A stretch of 58,405 nucleotides of DNA from Hydrurus foetidus (Eukaryota), in NCBI GenBank assembly GCA_900617105.1, contig UYFQ01000213.1:1-58405 (forward strand), in the 5' to 3' direction. The translations under genes and the position numbers were made by a program. The notes beneath the pieces are model-generated. The model had not been told where the DNA came from. It saw only the letters and a list, made by a program, of their open reading frames with translations, and did no database searches. Within the stretch, counting starts at the first letter, position 1. Every line of letters begins with the position of its first letter. Below are positions 35,296 through 49,200 of this stretch, piece after piece.

Positions 35296-38200
35296 TTAAA
35301 GCAATTCTGGTACGATGGCGAAAGCGACCATTAAAGTAAGAAGAAGAGCTGTAGGAGTGAGAACCCATCTGTGAGCCCATGCGAAAGAAATCACAGATGG
35401 CGCCACTGCTCCAATGTCAACATCATACTGACACTTGCTGAAGCGATGTTTAGGATCGCCGCAGTGCTGCAAGAGATGGCAAATAGTCCCCTCTAAAAGA
35501 TGGCAAGAGTTCTGATGCGCCTTGTCGTCTTTGTCGCAGAGGATTTTTTGAACCAACCCCACTTGGTGATCAACTTGAGTTATCCTGAAATGGAATAAGA
35601 AATACCGTCAACCCCTTAAAAAGAAATAAAGGTTCAATAAGACACTACAAATAATCTCATGACCAAAATGGTAATAGGTTGAATTCTCAAAGTGTAAATA
35701 AAATTTATTTTAATGTCATTGACATCATCAATCTAAATAAAAAAATAAAACTCACCAGTCGAATTCGGTGATCACCGCCATGCTTTCATGATGCATCGCG
35801 CCTTTATTAGTTATGCTCAATAGAGATCCATCAGGACGGGTGGCACTGTATTTCCGATAACTCAAAGCCAGCCCTGGAGGGGAAAAAGAAACTGACGGTA
35901 GTTCCGTTAAAGTACCAACTATACGGGCCAGACCTCCCCCTAAAGAATGACCGGTGACCATCACGCTGTTGTTGCTGCTCTCCAATATTTCAAATATACG
36001 CTGTGTCAAAGGCTTGTAATAATCTGCTTCTCCTTGTAGACCGAAGAAAGAATTGAAATTAAAGAGCCACTCTATGACCCTGCTGGTGGTATCTTGCGAC
36101 CAAAGTCGGATTGTGGGAAACACCCCACTCAGCATCGTGAATAACACAGGTTCCGTGAACATTTTTATGTCCTCCATGAAATCATGTAATCGCCCCACAT
36201 CTGTTCCTCTGATAGCCAGCACAGTCACTCCTAATACTTCTGAGGACAATTCTACATACATCGGTCTCCCTCCTTGAAAGGTAGGTGTTAGATCTCTTCT
36301 CCTGCCGTCTAGATGTACTTTAAACCCAGCTCCAGGCATTAAAGTACTCACTAGATTCTGCACTTGATTTCCCTGTCTTTCATCAAAATATGCCACTTCA
36401 GAAAGTAACGCAAAGTCGAATAGCGACAAACCATGCCAGTCCCATTTGCAAGCAGCGTAGTGAGGTTTCTTTTGAGGACCCCACACGTCTTCCTCAACTT
36501 GCACACCAGCTGAGGAGTACCGTGGATCTATATCAGGAATCAGTCCACCGTCAAAGTCGACAATCATCGAAGAAAGTGGCATATAATCACTAGACTTTGG
36601 TGTAGGTATCTGGTGCACATTGTTGGGATAAAGAGTGACGTTGACTATTTTGTGATCAAACAGCACCGATCCGTCTTGAAATATTTCAAAATCAAAAGAT
36701 CTCGGGAAGAATTGAAGATTTTGTTGCGCCACACTAGCAACGCTAAGTGTGCACAGAATCAGTGTAAATACTGCTGCAACCGCTATAAATGCACGCAGAA
36801 TACCGGTTATGATAGAGTCCGACATTGTAGCTGCCCTGGCTATTGAACCGATGTAACTCATGTTGCGCTGACTGGTCTTCACCAACCAGTGCGCACCTAT
36901 GCTCTTAGGTAGACCTAGAGAGACGAAGGAGGAGTCAGCTTGGCCCCTTTCACTCAGCAGCTGCAGTGCGTCTGAACTCGCTCTCGACTTGTAGTCCCCT
37001 GCAGAGGCGGAAATACTGCCAAGGGCACTAGCTCTGCTCACTGATTTAGTGATCAAATTATCCCCCACACTGCTGAGATTTCTGTTGATAGGGGACAAGT
37101 CCATGGTGCCGTACTGTCCGTGCATCAGTCCGTATATCGACCAGTCTTCAACTGCATCTTTTGACTGAGCAGCAGCATGCAGTGAAGTGAGAGTCTCCTT
37201 TTTGTCCTTCTTCCCTGACAACTCGTGAAGACGCTCATCAATCGAATCCCTCATATACTCGACTGAAATATCTTCTCCTACAATGAATTGATTGGACGTA
37301 TGTGTGCTACAATTCTCAAGCCCTCTACCTTTCCTACGGTGAGTGAGCGTTTGTTCAGGTTGAAGTTCTTTTTGGTCAAACGATAATTTCACCTCTTCCT
37401 GATCGCTAATCCAACCATCTCCCTCCTCTCCAGACTCCACTTCCTCACCGAAAAAATGTATAATCTTACCAAGTATATGTAGAAACACCAGCATTACTCC
37501 TCCTTTTCCTCCCGATTTTGCTAATATCAGCGTTATAGATAGGGAGAGAACTAAAGTTAAGGGTACCCCTCTGAATAGAAGAACTGGTCCAGCCATGATG
37601 CACGCAGAAGCCAGTAAGAAGAAGCAGCTGTACAGTGCAGGAATAAATATAGTGGCCAGCGTCATCTCCAGTTGAGCTTGGACAAAGCCAGTGGTAAAAC
37701 ATGCACATGAAAACATTATAGCAAGAATCAACAAATGAGAAATCCGGAGATACGCCGCTAAATGCTGCAGTGACTCTGGTGTTACTCTCTTCGCCCAGGC
37801 AGCACCATGTGTAGCGACAAGAATAGGAGTGAACGAAAAGAGCCAAATAGTCCATCCTAGCAATACGGAGCACACTATTGCTTCCATCGTGCTCATTGCG
37901 ATCCTAGTAGAAACCATCAGCACAGTGGCGGCTATCGACAAAAATGCCAGCAGTAATACTGCAAGTTGAAATAATAGCCGTGATAAGGGAGAAAGCCGTT
38001 TGAAGGCTAAATCCCATCGAGGAAACTGATGTAAATGTGCCTGCCATATTTGTAGTACCATTGCTATCACAGCATAGAAAACCAGTTTCCGCACTTCTGG
38101 ATATGCTGATGTTAAATAGTACAGTCCAGTATGATTGCAGACTCCCCCCTGCAAAGTGTTCGCAAGGCGACTGCCCTCACCAGCTTCCGAACAGAATTTG

Positions 38201-38778
38201 TCCGCACAAATCAAACCCAGTTCAAGCACCAGTGCAGGAACAAAAACTATGGGAGTTAATTTCAGCGTGAATATGCCGCCCTTGCTCAAAAGACATGCTG
38301 CATCAGGAAAATCTTTTGTCGATTCTAGCGCAATGTGGAACACGCTTTGCGCGAAGCTCACTACTACTCTTATTGATGCATACGAGACATAGAACGATGC
38401 TATCAGTTGTACTGAGGTATACGGACTTGACAGAAGAGATGGAGTCGATAACAGAGAAGAAGAATGTGGCCCAATTCTTGCCGATAGGGGTCCATCGAGC
38501 TCATTCGCAAGGTTCATGGGAGGTAAAAATGCGGTAATTCGGGTTGCGAGTGCAAAAGCAGCATTCACCAGAAAAGCCCAACATAAACCAACTACTTGGA
38601 AAGTTAGGTAAGCGAATGCAATTCCACTTATTCTATCGATCTCGGGGCTCTTTGCTAGGAGATACGATGGAATGTTGACCAGAATCAGCCTGGCTGAGAA
38701 CTCCAGAAGGTGGCACGAGTTACGGAGAATGTCTATAGTCAGCATGTCCGTCACGTCAAAGATTGGGGCCGATTTCAA
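35296..38778 (-). CDS. Multi-pass membrane protein with a C-terminal class 3 (Atg15-like) lipase domain
   Basis: Many TM segments, then LAIRGT, VTGHSLGGG (GxSxG) and SFSPPG; intron at ~35585-35755; Cys-rich last exon with a TM tail; 5' end uncertain. Confidence 0.8.
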
Positions 38779-38988
38779 GCAGCAAAAATATTATCGGGTG
38801 GCATCACTCAGGTAGGTTATGTCCAGATGGTTTCCCTCTCAGTTGATGGTGGCAATTCTGTAGGATTTAAGAGAGCTTCATTGAGACGTTACTTGACAAC
38901 ATCGACTTCCCTTCATCAACTGTGCGAGTTCTTTTGTCTTTTGTACTCCGTACTTCGTACTTTGTACCAATAAAGTTTAACATATAGA

Positions 38989-41362
38989 CTCAACCGGTTG
39001 GTTTGGGGTTTGTGATCTATACGGTTATTCAAAATACAGAATACGAATATTCAGGAGTGATGCGGTCACATTTGAGCTCTATTGATGAGAAATTTATTAC
39101 TTAGACGTATTTTCATTCGTTGACACTTTGTGAGCGTCCTAAAAGTTGTCTGCTTTATGTGATGGCATGCTTAACTTTTTGAACTGAATGTTCATATTTA
39201 GTGGAAGCGAGTTTTGTATTTTGTAAAATACAGAATACGAATTTTCAGGAGTGATGCAGTCATGTCCCAGCTCTATCGTGGAGTCCCAAAATTGAAATGT
39301 ATTTATTGAAACTTTGTGAGCGTCCTAAAAGTTGTCTGCTTTATGTGATGGCATGCTTAACTTTTTGAACTGAATGTTCATATTTAGTGGAAGCGAGTTT
39401 TGTATTTTGTAAAATACAGAATACGAATTTTCAGGAGTGATGCAGTCATGTCCCAGCTCTATCGTGGAGTCCCAAAATTGAAATGTATTTATTGAAACTT
39501 TGTGAGCGTCCTAAAAGTTGTCTGCTTTATGTGATGGCATGCTTAACTTTTTGAACTGAATGTTCATATTTAGTGGAAGCGAGTTTTGTATTTTGTAAAA
39601 TACAGAATACGAATTTTCAGGAGTGATGCAGTCATGTCCCAGCTCTATCGTGGAGTCCCAAAATTGAAATGTATTTATTGAAACTTTGTGAGCGTCCTAA
39701 AAGTTGTCTGCTTTATGTGATGGCATGCTTAACTTTTTGAAATGAATGTTCATATTTAGTGGAAGCGAGTTTTGTATTTTGTAAAATACAGAATACGAAT
39801 TTTCAGGAGTGATGCAGTCATGTCCCAGCTCTATCGTGGAGTCCCAAAATTGAAATGTATTTATTGAAACTTTGTGAGCGTCCTAAAAGTTGTCTGCTTT
39901 ATGTGATGGCATGCTTAACTTTTTGAAATGAATGTTCATATTTAGTGGAAGCGAGTTTTGTATTTTGTAAAATACAGAATACGAATTTTCAGGAGTGATG
40001 CAGTCATGTCCCAGCTCTATCGTGGAGTCCCAAAATTGAAATGTATTTATTGAAACTTTGTGAGCGTCCTAAAAGTTGTCTGCTTTATGTGATGGCATGC
40101 TTAACTTTTTGAAATGAATGTTCATATTTAGTGGAAGCGAGTTTTGTATTTTGTAAAATACAGAATACGAATTTTCAGGAGTGATGCGGTCATGTCCCAG
40201 CTCTATCGTGCAGTCCCAAAATTGAAATCCATTCATTGAAACTTTGTGAGCGTCCTAAAAGTTGTCTGCTTTATGTGATGGCATGCTTAACTTTTTGAAA
40301 TGAATGTTCATATTTAGTGGAAGCGAGTTTTGTACTTTTCAAAATACAGAATACGAATTTTCAGGAGTGTTCCCTTAATTGAAAACCTTGTAACTTCTTA
40401 AAGACATATCGGATTGAGCTAAGAAACGGATGACATGTAGCTGACAATAGGGTCTACAAACGCTGTTGGTTAGCCTCAGTAAAAATGCTTCTAGAATGAT
40501 AGAGAACAAAAGCAAGATTTCACACTCAAAAGCGCCAAATTCTCAACTTCAAGGATATAGGTCCAAGAAAGTTTTTGAAGATGTACAAATGACGCTCGCA
40601 CACAAGTTAACAGTCAGGATTTTTAGGAGAAAGATCACAAACAATTACTCAGTGCGCTTTCAATATCTGCGTTTTCGCCAAAAACGACCCAAAATGCGCG
40701 AAAAAGGGCAACCCACGCCAAACTTGCCGCTGGAGATGAAAACACGTAAGAAGTTGGGAAAACTCTATTCTTATATGTTAAGACAAGTGCGTAAACAAGC
40801 CACCCTAGAAATTACTTTCTACAACGAGTCAGCCGTATTTGAAATTGTGCAAACGAAAAACGACACTTTCACAGTTGAGAACACAGCAACCAGCAATCAC
40901 CAAGTCACAGAAATTTGCGTACTACAATTCAGCACTATAAAATGCTTGTATGAAAAGTTACAGTCCATAGCAATGCAAACTGACAGCAAAAATTTCCAAA
41001 AATTGACTCAGGACGGCTCCACGACCAAATATCTTCACAAGGAAGCCGCAGAAAGCCCAAAGAAGCGCGGAATCAAGTCGGGAGGACTCGAATTAGTGAG
41101 GAGATGACATGTCATTGTGCTCCAGTCAGAAATGAATGTTTTAGATTTTCCTGCACGCTGGTGAGAGCTTAAAAGACAGGAGACAGTAATCTCAAAAGAC
41201 AGGAGACGAAACGAGGGTTCAGTGGTGAAATGAGCCCGACCGTTTTGGAGAATCTGAAAATGCAGGAGACGGGTCCGATTGAGTGTGCGGGTTCATTTTT
41301 TTCAAAAAAAAAGTCAATAAGTTTTCGTAGACTCAACTCCGTAGTTGTTCCAACCGGTTGAG
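38989..41362. mobile_element. Putative non-autonomous TIR element carrying a tandem array
   Basis: 13-bp TIR CTCAACCGGTTGG (38989-39001) and CCAACCGGTTGAG (41350-41362), with GA on both flanks (possible 2-bp TSD). Confidence 0.55.
39031..40369. repeat. Tandem array, 186-bp unit, ~7.2 copies
   Basis: AAAATACAGAATACGAAT recurs at 39031, 39225, 39411, 39597, 39783, 39969, 40155 and 40341; inner units are near-identical. Confidence 0.97.
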
Positions 41363-42465
41363 GACAACATACCGATTACCGTCACATATACTGTACCGTG
41401 TTTACTGGTATGTAGTATATACTGTATAGAATGTAGAATAAACGGGAACATCTGTCCTCTCTTTCAGAAATAAAAAGAACAATTTTATTAGCGACTCACA
41501 AAATCTACATAAGAATTTCCTTAACAACGAAAATAGACGAGATGGATTATTTTCGATATCATTTTTTGCGATCAATTATTGTACAGGTACTTTGAAATCG
41601 AATACCACCAGCAAATGGTTCCATTCTGATTGTTTTCGAATTTAAAAGGTAATGAACATGATCTAGATTAACGAGATCTACCGACCCGGAAATCATGGTG
41701 ACACATACCACATACTCAGATCGTGAATCTCAGAGGTACTATCATTGTAACCTGCATTATTTTCTAGCCATAATTCTTCAATTGGTGTGATTCTATGGTG
41801 CAGTATTTTGGATCATAAATTATTATTATCCATTTTTTTTAATGTCATCGAGATCAGGATTTCTGAAAATCTACATCATGGCCGCGATTTCCGTCTTACC
41901 AACGAGGTATCAAATTTGTGATCTTTTTACACTAATAATTTCGAAAGTAATCAGCTTAAAAGATTTCTCAGTAGCAGAAAGAACAATACCTTAATCTTAG
42001 TTGAATCATCAAGCGCATGATGAAGTTGTTCTATTAGATGTGAACGGAATTTTAGAAAGATGATTCAGTCATAAATACCAAGGAGATCGCCTGAAGAACT
42101 AATGACATGCGCATTTGATATTCCACTTGTCCTAGAGATCAACCGATAGAAATGCATTTGTTTCATAGAAAGATTATTCACTGCGGGGACCGTCCATCCA
42201 CGCTGTTTCACTGTGTTATATACCGTACACAAACTGTACCAAACCTCAAGAGCAGCGGACAGCGGGTAGGACGACTCTACAAGATATTCAAAAATTTATT
42301 TCCAGTGGATGGAAGTGTGTGGGTCGAACAAAATTATTTTATTTTGGTCTGATCCTACCGGCGGATTGGAGCCGCTTCTTTACTGAACCATTCCTGCGGC
42401 AGCTTTCCAGTGAACTATTATACATCAATTTCTAAACACGGGGTTGCATCTTGCATTGGGGCAAC

Positions 42466-43024
<559 letters not shown>

Positions 43025-43853
43025 ATGCCTAGCCTTAACTCCGCAAACAATTTCATGCTCAATGTTGACTTCTGTTCTATGTGCATGTGCGAGTTCTCCC
43101 CGTCTGGCTAAGCTAGTAATCGAAGAAATGTCCCAATCTCTCTGTCTTAAATTTTGTCTATGTCACAGTTTCACCGGCAGAACACATCAACTGCAGTATG
43201 ACCTTACACTGATAGACCTGAATTATTGCCGACATAAGATAGTGTGCAGGATGTCAACACTACACAATAAGTCACTCTCAGTTCCTGCAGCCATTCATCT
43301 AGTACTGAAGAAATCTTCTCGATCGTCGGTAGAGTACCAAAGCAATTGAATGAGTAACCAGTATTACTCGTATGCAGACTTCACTACTACAGCCAACAAC
43401 TCCCAGAAAGTGCTGTTTCATTTGCGCAATACCCCAACAAGGACAACTGTCACTATCTTGCAGGTCTTTAAATATTCTCATGGAATGTCGTGGCGGAAGT
43501 GCAGGTACCAAGTATCTTCCTCGCAATCAGCTCCGCTGCATACTGCAAATCATGATCTGTCCGTACTTCCCTCAGTGACCCTTTCCTATACATTCTTTCG
43601 ATCACCGCATTATCAAACGCAACATGTTGGAAGGCATGAATCCTTAGTGACCCTGCCCAATAAGTTCTGGCAACCATCGCATAATCAAACGCAACACGTT
43701 GAAGGCATGAACAAGGTCCAGATGTCATCAGAGCATATTCCTCATTGAAAGCCGATATTTTACCACCAATCAATTATTATCTGAGTAATCGGATACAGTC
43801 AAAAACGTGGACTACAGAGAGAGGAGTTCCTTGTACACAACCTATCGTTACGG

Positions 43854-44404
43854 CTACTTCTTTCCTCTTGGTAAATGTGTTCCTAATGCTTTATCAAGCT
43901 TACTAAGAATTGCTCCGTTAGGAATTGCCTTGCCTGACTCATATTCCTGAATAATTTGAGGTCTTTCGTTGATAAGCCTTGCAAGATCTGCCTGTGTCAT
44001 TTTTTTCGCCAACCGTGTTGCCGTAATAGCCTTACTAAGAGACTTGTCAATTACAGCATGCTTGAAATCCTCCGTCGAGTCTTCTAATTTCTTCAAGTTA
44101 GATCCGACTGCTGAATGAGCGCTTTTGTTTTCGGCAGTACCGAAACGGCGCTCACTCGTGATACTCCCTTCAATCTTGGCCTAATCGTTCAGATTTTTGG
44201 AAAGTGAGCGACGTTGAAGAATTCGCCTCAGGTATTTCTGCCACAGGACTTCTCGAAATTCTCTGTCACTACAACGTGACGACTGGTAAGGTCGGATCGC
44301 CGGATGCAACTCACCTGTGATATTGCTTGTGCTGATGACATGCCCGCAGTTCTCTGCTTTGCAGTCTTCGTCACAGTTACTGGCGTCCAATCTTGATCTC
44401 CCAT
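43854..44404 (-). CDS. MBF1: Multiprotein bridging factor 1; exons 44404-44315 and 44180-43854
   Basis: MGDQDWTPV N-terminus and the HTH region MTQADLARLINERPQIIQEYESGKAIPN. Confidence 0.95.
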
Positions 44405-45390
44405 TTCGCTTCAAATTAGGCTGCTTAAGTAAGTAGAACTTCGAATTTTCTGCTCCAGTCCAGGGGTCCACTTCAGAAAGTCTTTAGATGTATCTGGTGT
44501 GAGCGCAAATTGTTCCTATCGACGTCACTGTTTCATCGATAGGCGCTAGTTTTAAATTATTCTGCGTGTTGATTCTTGAACAATGTTTGGACGCGACTTT
44601 GCTTGGAACCGGGAACCCAGAACGGAACTTTTAATTCCAGATTTTTGATTTTTAGTTTGCTTCAGTTAGAGTGGCTTATATCTTATATATGGCTCACCAA
44701 AAGAACTTCTGCTGTCTCATAAGATTACCAACTTTATCCGTTTTGATACTGCGTACATAATATAGGCTCAAGCTGTGCAATCTCTTCGCATATGGCAACA
44801 GTGGTGACAGTCAATCTTTACTGAGGCAAATAGGTGGAGAATCATTTCAGAGAAGTTGCACTTCGGCGATGTTCCTAAACATCCCTGTCCTAATGAAAAG
44901 CCAATTAAACAATAACTGAGTTATCGAGGAAATATTTCGGTCGATAACGCTGGTTTTTGACTGCTTTGAACTTATTCTATTTGAGAATTCGAGTTCACGC
45001 AAGTGATTGACGATGTGATTATTTGTAGGAGTGAGTGAGGAAATCTTTCGTTGAGACGAATTTTTTGATAGGCAAAATAGTTCCAGATTCTTTCTTCAAA
45101 GGATTTTCTTCTATGATGGGTCAAATGCTGAGGAATTCATACTTGTGTAATCGATGTAATGATTTACTGATGCCAATATGTCATAGGTGGAAATAACGCA
45201 ATATCAGGAAAAACGCAGTTCTAGTGTCTGGCAAGTCGAACTCATTCCAATGTATATGATTTCAAAAAGTTCTTTGTCGAGCACTATCACACAAATAATC
45301 AAATAGATGTGAAACTTTGAAATAGATGTGAAAATTTCGAATTAGCTGCGATCCCCAAAACTGCACCACCAACTCAACAGACAACCTCTC

Positions 45391-45743
45391 TGTTGTGAAA
45401 GGTGGACTGGAAGGTGTGACGTATGTCCCATACGGTTGGTCACAAGCTCCCCACTTCACTCTCCGTAACTGCTTTACTCGTTCTGTCTCGAATCAGAAGA
45501 GAAGTCTCGCAAACGGCTACGAGTTTGGGTTAATTAGCACTGCTGCAACTCAGTGGTAGTCAAGTGTAGTCGGTGGTTGTTGCAACAGGTTGGTGGCTAT
45601 TCTAGTTCAAATGTGTCATATCGTATGTAGTACGGTACTGCTGTGGTGCAACACCGTACGTGTGGTTCAAATGTGAAATACAGATAATAGCATCACAATT
45701 CGAATACGGAATATCTAGTCTACATAATACTGATATTACTACA
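45391..45743 (-). repeat. 3' LTR of Copia element 2
   Basis: TG...CA termini; copy of 51362-51714. Confidence 0.96.
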
Positions 45744-46289
45744 CACCCCTATGATGTGTTATCGTATTCAATTCAAACAGGTTTATTCAATTATTATTTC
45801 AAAAGCATTAAATTAATTCATACATGTTCATTCAATATTAATCATAAATAAAGTTTCTTCAATGGCTCCGGAATGTTACGTCAGTGTCTTGAAAATCGAT
45901 CTCAGTCGGAAAAGAATATGGTAAAAGTTGGCGGTAGGAATTTGTAGGCGGTAGAAATAGTTGGCGGTTGGAATTGTCGGTTATAGAAGGAAGTTTGCTT
46001 TTGGCAAAGTTGGCAGTTGGAAATAGGTTATCGTAGGAGTGTTGGTGCTGGAGTCTTCGTCATGATGGGTCTTCAGTTAATGTATCTCGACCATATGTGA
46101 TGTAGGCTCCAGTGTAAGTGTCTTGAGTGTTCATGTCTTGGAGGTTGATGTTCTAGGGTAGAAGGAATTCGATGGAATTGCAGATTCATAAAAACAGATT
46201 CATATAATACATAAGGTTGATGTTGGCCAAGGTAGTAGAAATGGTGTTGACAAAGCGTAGGTAAAAGGAAATTCGAAAGAAGGGAATAC

Positions 46290-49200
46290 TCAGGTGATGC
46301 CGAGTAGTTTATCTCGGAAAGCTCTGAACTGCTCCCCTTGAAGTAGTTTAGTTAGCATATCAGCTAGCATGTCGTTAGTTGGTTTATAAGTGATGGTGAT
46401 CTCTTTTTCTTTTACCCGGTCATGTAGGAAAAAATACCGGATATTGATGTGGCGCGTACGTTCACTGTTGGAGCGATCTTTGTTGATAAATTGAATGGTC
46501 GACTTGTTGTCTTGAAATATGATGGCGCTCCTGTCTTGATATCCTTGGTCGATGAGGAACAGTCGTGTCCACAGCACTTGATTGGCTGAGTCACTCAGTC
46601 CCACTAGCTCCGCTTCAGTACTCGACTTCGTGGTTAGCTTTTGAGTTGAACTCTTAGCATACACTACGCCTTTCCCTAATGTGATGGCGCTCCCTGTGTG
46701 ACTCTTCATATCACAATGTACGCCGAAGGAAGCGTCAACATAGCATATAACAGTGATGGAGTCTTCTACTTCTAGTGTGAGTCCTAGATCTTTAGTCGCC
46801 CGTATGTACTGAATAGTACGTTCCAGCTTTTTCATGTCTTCTACTTGAGGCTTTGTCACCCGCTTGGTTAGGAACGCTACTGGCGTCAGGATATCTGGTC
46901 TTGTCCTTTTGCTAAGGTATAGCAGCTTCGCTGTGATTGAATGAAAATACTCACGGGCTGAAGTGGTTAGTAGTGAGTCAGATGTATCCGGTTTGACGGA
47001 AAATAATTCAGATTTGGCCGGAGTCGGTGCCACCCCTAGAATCTTTTTACAGTCTTCTAGGAGCTCTTTAACAAATCCCTCCATGGTTATCCTAACTTTT
47101 CCGGCTGACTCGAAATTGAAAGTCATACCTATATAATTAAGTACTTTTCCTCGATGTTTTGTTAGTCCAGGATATAATTTTTCAATTTCATAAATTACCA
47201 TATCAACATATTTGTCATTACAACACGATATCATCATGTCATCAACGTGAATTATTAGTGTGGTTTGTGATTTATTATTTTCAATCCGATTAAACACACA
47301 CATGTCATAAGCATTAGCGGTGTAGCCTAATACAGACAAGTCATGTGAAATTTTATCATACCACAGTTTTGCTGACTCAACACATCCATACAATGCCTTT
47401 CTTAATTTAACAATGCATGTACCCTTATCATTAACATATTTCATATATGATTTATCAATGGAAATTAAGACACCAGTTAAATACTTATTCAATCTCATGA
47501 ACACCGTGTGACTACCTTCAAGTGGCATATCGCTATTTAAAAATGCTCCCGGAAAATCTATCGTAGCTAATGATCTATTCTCTTTGGCAGCAATTGAAGC
47601 AATTAAAAACACACTAGTAGTACTAACAGTAGGTGATGATCCATTGTCGTAAATATCTCTGTCCTGCAAGTGGCCTCCTGCTACTAATCTGGACTTAAGC
47701 TTATCAAATTTTCCATCTGCTGTATACTTATCCTTTAAAAACATGCTACTAGTTATGATGTTACTTCTTTGTGTCTGACTAAGAGAGCTGATCAACACTC
47801 CCTCCCACACGTCTTTTTCACACATCTGTTGCATCTCTTTCTTAATAGAGTCTACAGCAATATTACCTAACTTATCAATGCTATCTTTAACAGTCATGTT
47901 GAAAGCATATGAAAAATTGGTGGATGGTACATGATTCACAGCACTACATCTTATAGTGTAATTTCCTCTCCTAGGAACCCATCTACCTGGTTGATGATTT
48001 CTAGCGCTACGTCTCAAGGCAGGCTGTTCTATCTCAGGCAGTGCATCAGTAAGTACGTCATCAACAGCGTACGTATCATCAATAACGTCATGTGATTGAT
48101 ATGGTGTAAGTACATCATCTTCAGTGTGCACATCATCTACATCAGGTGTAACATATTCAGTCAAAGTATCGTCATACTCAACTGGTTCAATATTCACGCC
48201 ATCAGTTGCTAGCTCTGTATAGTCATAATCTTTTTGATTATTCATGTCATTCATATCATAAATTTCATGTACATCGGGTCTATTATCGATATCATTTATG
48301 TCATTCATCATATATGGAACGGGTGCATCATGCTGTACGTTCAATTCGTCAATATATGAATCGTCATACATTTCATCAGTGTGGGGTGTCACTGCATGGC
48401 TAAATCTACGTGTGTTATTATCGTATATGTGTTCATCATCGTAATCAAGTCCATCATCTAATATGACGCGCTTATTCTGTTCAAATACAGGTTGATTAGT
48501 ATTATTATTTCTATTAATGTTTCTCTTTTCGGATAATCCATTAATGTACGTAATAACTTCATCGGGCATCGGTAATGATGTGGCTTTTGTACGTTTAACT
48601 ATCTGTTCATTACTGAGTAACATGTAATACCATGATCCCTCAAGGTTGCCTGCACTCATCAGAGCGATAGCACCTGAAGTTCTGGCTTTATTACTGTTAT
48701 CAATATTGTCAGAGTGTACTTGTACGTAGTCACCAAAACCGTGTTTAAGTTCTTTATCTACGTTTATCTTTCTACCGTATAGTTTCTCTCTAGGGCTAAC
48801 ATAGTCAACGGTATTCCTAGTCGGAACCAACACTATACGGTTAACAGCATATCTAACTAACCATCCTTCTAACTTCTCAGTTAATTTAAAAGGTAATGTG
48901 TTAATGACTGCTCTAACTCTCTCTTTAATCTGCCTTATTTTACGCTCAACTACTGTGACTGCCTCTCCTGCACCTGTCGTGTCTAGTGCGGTGCCTATAG
49001 TAGCTAACTTCGTTTCGAACCAAACTGAATTGATTGCACCCTCGCCGTCAACTCTAACTAGGTCTAATCTGTATCCATACTTAGTTATATGCTTAATGTC
49101 ACTCTCTAGGCTAGTCCACAGTGTGAGGTTGGCTCTGTTGTTTAACTTGTTTACCATAACATATTCTAATGGCTTTACAACGGCAATTAAAAATGGGTTG

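Noticed and set aside
39031..40369. 186-bp array as a CRISPR array or coding repeat
   Set aside because: Units are near-identical end to end with no unique spacers, there are no cas genes, the context is eukaryotic, and the ORF track shows no ORF through the array
40466..41107. 213-aa ORF inside the TIR element
   Set aside because: TTG start and no recognisable motif; likely a chance ORF in A-rich element DNA
43600..43712. Two ~40-bp imperfect direct repeats (ATCAAACGCAACA.GTTG) ~72 bp apart
   Set aside because: Only two diverged copies and no interpretable structure
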